A stretch of 64,000 nt of DNA from Mytilus edulis (lineage: Eukaryota), in NCBI RefSeq assembly GCF_963676685.1, contig NC_092351.1, forward strand, positions 64,170,001 through 64,234,000, read 5' to 3'. Below the pieces are notes generated by a model. That model did no database searches. It was not told the origin of the DNA and saw nothing but the letters and a program-made list of their open reading frames with translations. A program made the translations under genes and the position numbers. Each line of letters begins with the position of its first letter. Within the stretch, counting starts at the first letter, position 1. Below, in pieces: positions 47,323-59,245 of the stretch.

Positions 47323-50300
47323 ATGCTGTCTGTAGCTAGTCTTTTAGGTTCACTTTTGAGCAGGTCCAGTGGTGGACCAACAGGTTGTCACTAATATCTA
47401 AGTTGTCAAATACTTTCTGAAAACATGTTTTTTCCTAAATTTAGACAAAAACCTTAACCATTCTGTTTTTAACAAGTAAAACACACTGTTACCAAACAGC
47501 ACAAGATTACATTTCACTGCGTAGTTTGTATATAGTTCTGAATATCTACACATTTTTAGCCTATGTATCTAGAGTGTGCTGTATAAGATCGATTTGGCAA
47601 ATAATGTATATCTACTTTTGAACCTATTTTAATTGAATAAATGTTTGAAAACTTTTACACTCTTCCAGTTTCCTGAAGTTTTTGAAATTATTTCATTATA
47701 TACCCATGATATATATAAATAACACATAGCTGAGAGGGTGATAGAGCAGATTGGTACCCTGAAAAAAACATTGTCATCCACAGTGAAGCCGAGGTTGATG
47801 ATCCTTTTCCGAGGGGGTACCAATTTGTTCTATAACCCTCTAAGCTATGAGTGTAGATATGCCCTTACCGTCAGATGTGAAACTGTAATTGTTGGCTAAC
47901 GTTATTGTCAAATTGGTTATAATTTTATTGTGATTCATTTAAATACCCTTATCATGATTCGTCAGAGGTCTCAAATAATTATTGTTAGTGTCATAATTGT
48001 AGAAAACAAAATAACATGATGCGTCTAAATCAGTCAAATTTTTTATCGTCTAAAAGAAAATGTACATTTTATCGTCATGCACCAAAAATTACTGTAAATG
48101 CATTCAGCAAGAATTTTTACTGTTATTTGTCATAAAGTATCCCCATTACTACCCTCAGCTATGTGTTATTTAATTTATTATACTAAATATTGTCATTTAC
48201 AGATGAATTTTATTTAAAAGTATTTTCTCTGATGATCATACATAAATGTAGCAACATTACTGGTATTAGAAAAATCAACAGGCGGCCATTAGTTTTCTTG
48301 TTTGAATTGTGTTACATTGTCATTTCGGGGCCTTTTATAGCTGACTGTGTGGTGTGGGCTTTGCAATAAACCCTGACTCTAGAATTTTTTTGTGAAAATT
48401 TTCAAATGATAAAATTCTGACCATGCTGACATGTCTAAGGAATGTGAATTTGAATAGTTCAATGAACAAACTTCTGTGAGTGTGACTGTCATCTGAATTT
48501 CCATCAGAAGTATCCACTACGGCTAAAATGCAACAAATTTTAACATTATGAACAGAATGCATCAAAATTAAATAAATAAGTAACATATCTGTTTATTTTG
48601 CAAACAAACATATGGAAAATGGTGAAAATCCAATAGGGACTTGTATGATATTGGAATCCGACACAATTGTTTTCCCCAATTTTGTGATCCCCCAAAAAAT
48701 TATAAATTAAATTGCTGACATACCGACACATGCTTTTTAAAGGATAAACTGGAACCATTCTTTTACTTTTATTTGGCCTTATAAACAATGTTATCTCTAT
48801 TGCTGAATATTTGGAACCTTTATTAGATAATCTATTCCATGACAATATTCAATTAAATTTCAGCCAAAATTGGAAGTTTCCAATGGGTTCACACAAGTTA
48901 CAACAAACCAGGGCTATTATTAGAGATGGTGCAGTCAGTAATCCCCCCAATCACATTTATTAGCCATAAAGGTCTGGCAGGGAGGATAGCTGTTATTGGA
49001 GGATCAAAAGAGTAAGTTATCCCTCTAGTTCCTAGTACTACTGACCTATACTTTTCCTTTCTTAGGGTAAACATAACCTTTCACTAAGTTTTTGACAGTT
49101 TTAAACATTTAATTATGATTGGTTCTTTAACATGTTGAATGATAATGATTTCTTTGTTTCTAGTAATTCTTAATTTGATTGAATATTTGGTTGTGAAGTA
49201 ATTTGCATAATCAATCTACCCTCTTTTCAAAAGCATGTATGAAAGAAAGAAAAGGTATCAATTATTGGTGAATTTTCTCTATATGAATTTTGCTAATACA
49301 TGTACATAAAAATCAACATTTGCTATTGACAGCTTGAAACCTTTTTTCTGTTTATTTCAGGTACACAGGAGCTCCATACTTTGCAGCAATATCAGCTTTA
49401 AAAGTGGTTAGTTCACACAGATGTTTATAAACCAATTATGGGTTAACCATTCTTGCATCTGCTATTTTCAAATTTTATCAATTCATATTTTGTTTTACAT
49501 TTTTATGAAGGGATGTTCAATTATAGATTCTAGTGGAAAACTGTTTATTGACAAATTTCTATTGATAAATTTTAATTTTGAGTGATTGATAAGAGTTGAA
49601 TATATATTCACTATAACTGTGAGTAATTCCTTAAAATAGTGGTCAATTATTGTGGAGAGAGCTGTAGAGAACCAACAACCTTTTATTAAGGAAAACTAAC
49701 ATTCGTAGTCAATTAAGATTGGAGCCTAGATCACCTGCAAAGGCAAGATTCTAACTCACAAACTCAGAGTTGACATCCCTAGTGATACAGTAGTTCTGCT
49801 AAGACCACTCCGAGCATCTTAATTCTTACAATATAGACAGGAATTAAAAACATATTACAACCAGGTTAAATTGAAGCATGCATGCTGCCGTATTATTATT
49901 TTGTATCATATATAGAGTATTTACATTGCAAGACTAAATGAAATATTATTAAGAATAATCAACACAATGTTTACTTACGATGTACAAAATATTAAAAAGA
50001 AATTACAAATACACTCAGAATTTAAAAAAAAGAAGATTTAGTAGAATATTAGAAATGTAGTAAGATAATTTTGATATATTTGACAGGGAGCTGATTTGTC
50101 ACATGTTTTCTGCACTGAAGGAGCATCCACTGTAATCAAAAGTTACAGTCCAGAATTGATAGTACATCCAATACTGTGAGTGCTTTAACTTGTTTCATAC
50201 TGCTCATTCTATGAGGGTTTTTGGGATACGATTGCTTTTAAGCAATCTGTAGACCTATACCATTGACTCAGGGCCATGCCCTCACATCAACCATTTTATT

Positions 50301-53300
50301 CTAAACATCAAGGAACATCTCAGATTCTTGAGATTGTCTTGCTTTAAATGGTATAAAAAACAAAAGGATTGAATTTAAATAACTGTCCTATAATGTTCTT
50401 CTCATAATCTTCATGTTTCGATATTTCCCTTGACTTGTATGCATGTTTTTAACAACATGGAAAATCAGATTTAAGCAGTATTTATATATAGTGTTTTTAT
50501 AAATTTAGAAACACGTCAGAGGGAATTCCCCAGTTTTGATAACATGCGAGAGTTCTGAATTCCGATCGATAAATCTATTTCTGTCATACATTTGTCATAT
50601 AAGAACTGAAGTGGAGTTTTCTTATATGTCACTGATATTTAATATTGTACTTCCATAAAGAAATGGAGGTCATTTAATTAACATTTAATATATTTCCTTG
50701 CTACAAATCACAAGTCTAAGGTTTGTTTAGGAAATTATGCGCATGTGTATAGTTTTCTTGACTTGAAGGGGTATCAGATTTGAATGGTTGCTCTGGATTC
50801 CCCACTCCATTGATTAATTTGAAACTCACGAGATTCTTTCTATGTCTGTCTGCTATTGAGGGTTATTGTTGTTGCATAATTTTAAAATCATATGCATCAT
50901 TTGAATTAAAATAAATGTAGTCCACAACGTGAAGATGTAACTAGAACACCCCTTCAGCCAAAATGGAGTCTTCCATATTATTGCTTCGAGTTGTCTCCCT
51001 TCCGTAAGTATCTTTAGTCAAACGATGAAAAGTAGAGAAAAATTAACTCGTTCTGTCGATAGACGACGTATTATATTAAAACCGATCGCAATTTAAACAG
51101 AGGAATGTGTACGGAAAGGAGTCATTCCCACTGACCCAAAGGAAATTAAATATTTAAAGAGTTAGGAATGGGGTTCCACCTAGAATTCATGTAGGAAAAT
51201 AGTTGATAAGGTACGATGTGAAATACATTCTCTCACTCTTATTGACTAAAGACTGCTGTGGAAAGTAAACTCGGAATTGATAGTACAAAAATAAAACACA
51301 ATAAGTACATTGTTCAGACACTTGTATCGAGGATTGGCTATTTTTAAAGTTGAATAACTATTCAGATTACGTAAATTACATTTTACAAGCATTTTACACG
51401 TGCAGTTGAATTATTTTTGAAAATAATATTAATGCATGTAGCAACAAAAACAATGGCAATCGTATCCCTTGAGCTGGTACGGTGAAACCGAGAAAAGCAA
51501 TTGAGTTGAGATAACCAATGATAATCTGTTTACAGTTATTTTACCTATGACGACATTGTCAATTTCATGTCAATTTCATGTCAATTTCATTAGCCATGCC
51601 ACATGCGTCCTTAGGTTCTAGCGATAATTTTCCATCTCAAGCGAGTAGCATGATATGAAAAATTATCACATAAAATGATCAAAGGAAAAATGCAAATAAT
51701 AGAGATAATATAAAATATTTAATAAGGATGCAACATTTTTACCAATTTTACATAAAAATTGGTACTACCTGTAATCTTTAAGTTTTCTGAATTAAGGAAG
51801 TGCTTGCTATTCTGATGTCAGACTGAAAAGTTTAATTATAGCTGGATGATTGATATAAGTTGTCCTTTTAATCGTGAAAAGTCTAAAATAGAATTTAGAT
51901 TGTTAGATTTTGCCAACTAAAAAGCAGCTTATTCAAAAATGTAATAAATAAATCTTTTTTTTTTAAGATTTATTTTCTACTCTTACATCTTTTACTTGTC
52001 TGTGACATGTTACTTATGTTGTTGGCAAAAATATACCTACCTACCCAAACAGCATGGGTAAGCATCTTCAAAAAAATATTGTATTTCAAGGTTGGTGTTA
52101 TCCTGTCATCCTTTTTTAGCTCACCTGGCCCGAAGGGCCAAGTGAGCTTTTCCCATCACTTGGCGTCCGGCGTCCGTCGTCGTCGGCGTCCGGCGTCGTC
52201 TGGCGTCCGTCGTCGTTAACTTTTACAAAAATCTTCTCCTCTGAAACTACTTGGCCAAATTAAATCAAACTTGACCACAATCATCATTGGGGTATCTAGT
52301 TTAAAAAATGTGTGGCGTGACCCGGCCAACCAACCAAGATGGCCGCCATGGCTAAAAATAGAACATAGGGGTAAAATGCAGTTTTTGGCTTATAACTCAA
52401 AAACCAAAGCATTTAGAGCAAATCTGACATGGGTAAAATTGTTTATCAGGTCAAGATCTATCTGCCCTCAAATTTTCAGATGAATCCGACAACCCGTTAT
52501 TGGGTTGCTGCCCCTGAACTGGTAATTTTAGGGAATTTTTGCTGTTTTTGGCTATTATCTTGAATATTATTATAGAAAGAGATAAACTGTAAACAGCAAT
52601 AATGTTCAGCAAAGTAAGATTTACAAATAAGTCAACATGACCAAAATGGTCAGTTGACCCCTTTAGGAGTTATTGACCTTTATAGTCAATTTTTAACCAT
52701 TTTTCGTAAATCTTAGTAATCTTTTACAAAAATCTTCTCCTCTGAAACTACTGGGCCAAATTAATCCAAACTTGGCCACAATCATCTTTGGGATATCTTG
52801 TTTAAAAAATGTGTGGCGTGACCCGGCCAACCAACCAAGATGGCCGCCATGGCTAAAAATAGAACATAGGGATAAAATGCAGTTTTTGGCTTATAACTCA
52901 AAAACCAAAGCATTTAGAGCAAATCTGACATGTGGTAAAAGTGTTTATCAGGTCAAGATCTACCTGTCCTGAAATTTTCAGATGAATCGGACAACCTGTT
53001 GTTGGGTTGCTGCCCCTGAATTGGTAATTTTAAGGAAATTTTGCTGTTTTTGGTTATTATCTTGAATATTATTATAGATAAAGATAAACTGTTAACAGCA
53101 ATAATGTTCAGCAAAGTAAGATTTACAAATAAGTCAGCATGACCAAAATGGTCAGTTGACCCCTGAAGGAGTTATTGCCCTTTATAGTCAATTTTTAACC
53201 ATTTTTTCGTAAATCTTAGTAATCTTTTAGAAAATATTTTCCACTGTAATTACTGGGCCAAGTTCATTATAGATAGAGATAATTGTAGCAACAAGAATGT

Positions 53301-56300
53301 TAAGTAAGATCTACAAACACATCACTATCACCAAAACACAATTATGTCATGAATTTATCCGTGTCCATTGTTTAATATGCACAAGACCAAGGTGAGCGAC
53401 ACAGGCTCTTTAGAGCCTCTAGTTATGTTTTATTTTCTAAAACCAATATCTTGAATTTTCATCTTTTATGTACACTTCAGAGAATCAAAGTTTGCTGTTC
53501 ATGAAACCAGTGAATGGTTAGAGAGGATGCATGCTGTTGTCCTGGGACCAGGTCTGGGCAGGGATCCAGTTGTCTGTTTAGATACGGCTAAGGTAGTTTA
53601 TGTAATAAATATAAAAATTACATATGAATTTGAAGCCTAGCATTCTATCTGTTTTGTAACCTCAAACTAGTGAATTTTATATTTTAACACAAGGTAATAT
53701 CCTATACTTGTTCTTACATCTGGTAATTTAGTTTTTTGGCTAAGTCTATGCATTTCATTGACAATTTTTTAGTATTTTTTAACAGAATAGAAATGAATTA
53801 ACCCTGATTTTTATTTCCAAAATAGGAGTTTATTTAGAAAAAAAAATATGGTTGTCCTACCAATAACAAAAAGTCCCTTTTATGTAAAATTCAGGCTGGA
53901 TAAAGGGAAAGATTTTAATTTTAGATAATAATTTTATATTTCAGAATATATTAGAAGAAGTAAAGAAGAAAAACCTACCTCTTGTTGTAGATGCTGTAAG
54001 TTTATAAACATAAAAAGAAGATATGGTATTAAGTCTTTGGTTATCTCCCAAGAAAATTTAACACATTTTGACTCACTCTCAAAAAATCACTGATTCTTTG
54101 ATTTGAAATATATATCCATGATTTATTTTGTTCAAAAGGTGTCTTTCATGAAAACATCAAATGACTACTCTTAGGCCGAGTTCACTTGAAACTTTGAGTT
54201 AACTTTACTTACTCGGGTTTCAACAATACGATTTTACTTGAACCACTCGAGTTAACCTCTCTTACCCTGGTTCCAACCCTGACCGAGCCAGGGTTAAACT
54301 CGAGAAACTCTTGAATGACGTCAAACCAATGAGAATATTTTATTTTTAACCGGATTTTTGTGACAAAAATGTCGGTTATTGATTTGGGGATGTATGGCGG
54401 GCTGGCGGGCAGGCAGCAATCAAATGTTGTCCGTGCATTAACTCATGAACCGTTCAACCAAAGATTTTAAAATTTTAATATGTTGTTACTGACAACAAAA
54501 TGAAGGTCAAGTTCAATAATGGCGATTTTGACTTTTTCCATACAGGAGTTATGGTTCTTGAAAGATTGAAAAATGGTTTTTCCAGTCGTGTCCGTGCATT
54601 TACGCATGAACTGTTCTACCAAAGCTTCCCAAATTTTAATATGTTGTTACTGATGACAAAATGGAGGTCAAGTTCAATAATGACGATTTTGACTTTTACC
54701 GTTCAGGAGTTATGGTTCTTGAAAGATTGAAAAATGGTTTTTCCAGTCGTGTCCGTGCATTTACGCATGAACTGTTCTATCAAAGCTTCCCAAATTTTAA
54801 TATGTTGTTACTGATGACAAAATGGAGGTCAAGTTTAATAATGACGATTTTGACCCTTAAGGTTCAGGAGTTATGGTTCTTGAAAGATTGAAAAATGGTG
54901 TTTCCAGTCATGTCCGTGCATTTTCTCATGAACCATTCAACCAAAGCTTTTGAAATTTTTATATGTTGTTACTGATGACAAAATAGAGGTCACGATTTTG
55001 ACTTTTACCGTTCAGGAGTTATGGTTCTTGAAAGATCGTAATATGGCGTTTCCATTCACTTTATTGCATTTACTCATGAACCATTCAATCTAAGCTTTTC
55101 AAATTTTAATATGTTGATACTGATGACAAAATGGAGGTCAAATTTGATATTGACAATTTTCACTTGCACCATTAATCAGTAATGGTTCTTGTGATATTGC
55201 CAGGACACAAATAAATGTTAATAAATCCGGTTTGCTGTCGTTGTGACAGCCTCTTGTTTATGCTTGGTCAGGGCCTTACCCTAGAGTTGCTTAGAGTTGT
55301 TCCGAATATCAACTCTGGTGCGTTCACATGATAATCTATTAACTCTGAAGTCGATTGTAGAGTTTCAAGTGAACTCGGCCTTAGATGCAAGGAAGGATGT
55401 CAATTATGAAAAAGGCTATTATCTCCCCTTGACCATCGTATACACTGGAACACACAAAAAACTTAAATATAACAAAAAAGATGTGGTATGATTGCCAATG
55501 AGTCATCTCTTCACAACAGACCAAATGACACAGAAAATAACAGCTATAGGTCACCGTACTACCTTCAACAATGAGCAAAGCCTATCAGCACAGTCAGCTA
55601 TAAAAGGCCCCGAAATGACAATTGTCATTTTGAAATGTACAAAAAAAATGAACAAAAAACAAAAATATGACACAGCAGTAAACAACAACCACTGAATTAC
55701 AGGTGAAATACATCTAATTAAAACAGAGTGGAAGTAGCCATGTACTTGTACATCTCAACAATAAAAAGACACTTAAGTATGGATTTGAGAGTACTCGCAA
55801 TTACTGACAGCTAGTTCAAAGCAAACAACAACTAATCAAAAAAATCATGCATCTAAGACAAAATTGTCAATCAGTAAACATCCAACATGAAATATATATA
55901 TAATGCATATCATAGGCACAGCACAGTATACATTTTGTAATTTTTAAGAGAAATATCTGAGATATCAAAGATTTGCACAGTAGATATTTTCTAATTTTAA
56001 GAGAAATTTTAGATATTTCAAAGATTTGCAAAGTTTAAAATTACGATATATTAACTCTGATATCATGTGAAAACCAGTTATCACTTTAAAGCATGTGTCA
56101 CCATGGGTACAAAGGAAAGTAAATATGTTTCTCTAATTCTTCGTCAATTTATCCCTTTCTGCACCCATTGTATAAAAAAAATTTAATCAACGTGTGGTTC
56201 GTTTGATCTCAGTACTTCAGTGGTTAAAATCCGATTATGACGTCGAATGTTCTTGCTTTCCTCTGAAATTCCTATTGTGATGGCATGACAAAAGGCGACG

Positions 56301-57000
56301 ATGCCTGATGACGTGACATAGAAAGAACACATCTTTTTGCAGATCATTCCAAAAGAAGGAATAAGTTTGCCTGCATAATGTTAGAAAATCATTAGAGAAA
56401 CAGATTCCACCACCAAATCTCGTGTAATACGATATTTATCCACTCTCGACAGTTAAATTTTAAATATTTAAAACGCTTCGGCAAGCCTGCGTTTTAAATT
56501 TGAAAATTTAACTGTCGAGAGTGGATAAATATCGCATTACACTCAATGCAGTGGTAGAATCTATATTTATGTGATGCAGATTTTGTAAATTTACCTAATT
56601 AAGCAAAATATTCTGTCACTTGCTTTCATATCCCCTAACCATTCAGGGTTACCACAGACTGAATTTCAAGGGTGGAGGAGAAAGTTCATCAAATCAGAGA
56701 TAGTGTCTTGTATTGTTAAATCGTTCCTATATTTTGATGTTGATTTACCTGTCTTATGAATCAATGGAAGTAGAATATGTATAACTATAATGAACATACT
56801 TGTAGGAAATGACATTTTAAACTCCAATTTTCCTTTTCATCAGACATAGTATTGTATAGATTATCTCCCCTTGACCATAACATTATTTTTTTCAGGATGG
56901 ACTTTTCTTAGTAACAGAATATCCAGATTTAATCAAATCCTATGGAAAGGCCATACTTACACCAAATATAGTAGAATTTGGAAGACTTTATGAAAAAATG
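47323..57000 (+). CDS. NAXD: ATP-dependent (S)-NAD(P)H-hydrate dehydratase (CARKD), exons 1-7, 3' end outside window
   Basis: Exons 47323-47383 (tentative), 48864-49011, 49361-49406, 50087-50175, 53481-53592, 53945-53995, 56896-57000 join in frame: [40 protein letters not shown]...[12 protein letters not shown]...GPGLGRD...VVDADGLF...[12 protein letters not shown]. Confidence 0.92.
48864..49011 (+). CDS. NAXD: NAXD exon 2
   Basis: [24 protein letters not shown], gtaagt donor. Confidence 0.88.
49361..49406 (+). CDS. NAXD: NAXD exon 3
   Basis: [15 protein letters not shown]. Confidence 0.92.
50087..50175 (+). CDS. NAXD: NAXD exon 4
   Basis: [30 protein letters not shown]. Confidence 0.92.
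50214..51468. mobile_element. Probable non-autonomous DNA transposon
   Basis: Inverted 13-mer gggatacgattgc (50223) / gcaatcgtatccc (51456-51468); CpG-richer interior; no TSD found. Confidence 0.45.
52112..53424 (+). mobile_element. Non-autonomous Helentron-like (HINE/pearl-type) element with ~501-bp internal tandem repeats
   Basis: T-run start, subterminal gctcacct / aggtgagc, (cgtc/cgt)n microsatellite, units at 52220, 52721 and partial 53224, 3' hairpin aggctctttagagcct. Confidence 0.8.
53481..53592 (+). CDS. NAXD: NAXD exon 5
   Basis: [18 protein letters not shown]. Confidence 0.92.
53945..53995 (+). CDS. NAXD: NAXD exon 6
   Basis: [17 protein letters not shown]. Confidence 0.9.
54174..55380. 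mobile_element. Harbinger-type MITE carrying a nested insertion
   Basis: TIR ggccgagttcacttgaaact / agtttcaagtgaactcggcc; TTA TSD at 54171-54173 and 55381-55383. Confidence 0.85.
54343..55258 (+). mobile_element. HINE-type element with ~5 tandem 161-bp satellite-like units
   Basis: Subterminal aaccggattt / aaatccggtt, ggcg microsatellite, 161-bp period, 3' hairpin gctgtc-gttgt-gacagc. Confidence 0.8.
56402..56561. repeat. Long imperfect palindrome
   Basis: cgatatttatccactctcgacagttaaatttt / aaaatttaactgtcgagagtggataaatatcg. Confidence 0.8.
56896..57000 (+). CDS. NAXD: NAXD exon 7
   Basis: [35 protein letters not shown]. Confidence 0.92.
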
Positions 57001-57082
57001 GTAAGTAAAATCAGATATATATTACTAGAAAATGTAAACAATATGAAAGTTGTTTTTTTGTATAGTCCTTTCCTTGAAAGCT

Positions 57083-57510
57083 TATACACAGCTACTTTTG
57101 CATAGGTACTATTTCTGTAGTAAAAATATGTAGTACTGGAAATTTACTTTTAATATTTAGTACTATTTCTTTACTTTGAAATTATTGTAATATTTAGGTA
57201 CTTGTATTTTACAGTACTTGATTTGTACTAAATATTTTGGTACAGAAATAATACAATATTCCATGTTTGAAAATCATAATTTTAAGAGATTTGAAATAGA
57301 AAAACTTTCAAAATGCTGAAAATGTAATGGTAGTAACCAAAAATCTGTAGTGCCTAAATTTCAAGTACAAATTAAGTACTGTAAAATACAGGTACCTAAA
57401 TATTACAATAATTTTAAAGTAACAAAATAGTACTGAATATTAAAAGTAAATTTCCAGTACTGCAGATTTTTAGTACACAAATAGTACCTATGCAAAAGTA
57501 GCTGTGTATA
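57083..57510. mobile_element. Foldback MITE with ~200-bp arms and TA flanks
   Basis: tatacacagctacttttgcataggtactattt / aaatagtacctatgcaaaagtagctgtgtata. Confidence 0.8.
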
Positions 57511-57904
57511 GTAGGTGCCTGATTTTGATTTTCAGTATGAAAGGTTTGCCACAATACTTGTGCCAATTCAATCCATATTTAGTCTACAATGGGCATTTGT
57601 TTATGGTTATGAGTTCATTTATTGTTATGATAATTCAAAAACTTTTTAGGTCATGTTGCTATAGAATTTTTTTATGGTATTTCAACTCGAAAAATTGAAA
57701 AAATACATATGTTTCTTTAATATTGAAATGTATATGCATTCCAACTTTTAGTTGAAAAATAAATCTAACTGTAATTATGATTTTGTATTAAGAATTTTTC
57801 AGTTAATCTATTTAGCTGTGATTAAATAAGGGAAATGTTTCCTATTTACATAAAAAAAAATGATGCATAGAGATTTAAACATTCTCTTTGTAAGTTATTA
57901 TCTT

Positions 57905-59245
57905 CAGTGTTCTCCCCAGGCCGTTTAAGCGTCCCGGTACCGCGACGCTATATGTTTTTACCGTGATGCTATAATAATTTCCGTGACGCTATAATTATTC
58001 CTGCGACGCTATAATTATTTTGAAGATGCTATTTTACTTTTCCTCAATTTTGAAATTTCATCTATTATCGATTATGATCATAAACATTATATCACCTTTA
58101 ATTGTAATCCCTTTAAGTCGGAAACTACAGGCAATTAAGAGATTAAATAGCTAGGTGTTAATTGCCTTCAGGGTGATAACTGTTTGGATGCGAATATCCC
58201 AAGCTGACACTTATGACATGACTAATACCACGGCACGTGTCTACAAACATCAATTTAGACATGGAAAAATGCAAACACAAAACAATTCGAAATCTACGTT
58301 TTGTATTAAGAAATTTGCAAAGATTGGAACGATTTTTATTTTTTTAATAAAAGGTCGTTTATTTGTGCAACTCTCCAAAAATTACTTTCTTTCTCTTCCG
58401 AGAGCGAGAATTTTGGTTTAGAGCTAAAATAAGTTTAATACTTCTTTCAAAAGTTATCATAATTGGCTTAAGTTTATGTTTAATCTTTTTAATGCATTAA
58501 AAGCGTCTTATTCATTCACAATCTCTTGTCAAACAATGTTTATTCTCGGACTCATTTTCGTAAATTTTCCACGGCCGCCATTGCACATTTTTGGGAAAAC
58601 TACGGATCGGAACCGGACCAGATATGACAAAAATCCGCATTTTCACGATAATGACAACAGATCGAAAAAATATACCAAGAGAAAAAACTATGCATTAACA
58701 GACTTATTATTTGTTAGATAACTTTGTTAAAAATACATATCATTTTGATGTAAAGATAAGAATCAACTGGGACTAATTGATTGAGTGCCATGAAACAATG
58801 AATTTCATAAACAAAACAAAAAAAGTTTTTAAATTGATTTTTTTTTGCTACTTTTGCTACTTTATCTTTACTTAATATAATATAAAAAATAGTTAATTTT
58901 GTGTACTAGATATTTAGTTTTGTATATATACAGCTTGCACTATAATGAACCATTCATTCATTTGACTTATTGTTGGGTAACTGAAACCACATATTTATTT
59001 TTATTTGGCACAAGAGGAAAAAAATAATTCTGTAACTATAAATGAATAAAGAAAACATAAACTGAAACAACTGTTTTTGAGGTTATAGTTTAATTGTATT
59101 CTCAGTTATGAATATATAACAATATAAACTAAAACATATGAAGGAAAAAGAGCATCGACGCGACGCGACAAATGACATTAAAAAAAATAGTTGTTTTTTT
59201 TTACGCAAAATGTGATGCTATCCAAAATTTCTGGGGAGAACACTG
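57905..59245. mobile_element. Non-autonomous hAT-like element with a 6-bp TSD
   Basis: TIR cagtgttctccccag / ctggggagaacactg; tatctt at 57899-57904 and 59246-59251; subterminal gacgctata repeats. Confidence 0.8.

Noticed and set aside
54430-55200. CRISPR-like array or repeated 76-aa ORFs
   Set aside because: Contiguous 161-bp units with no unique spacers in eukaryotic DNA; the ORFs are by-products of the repeat
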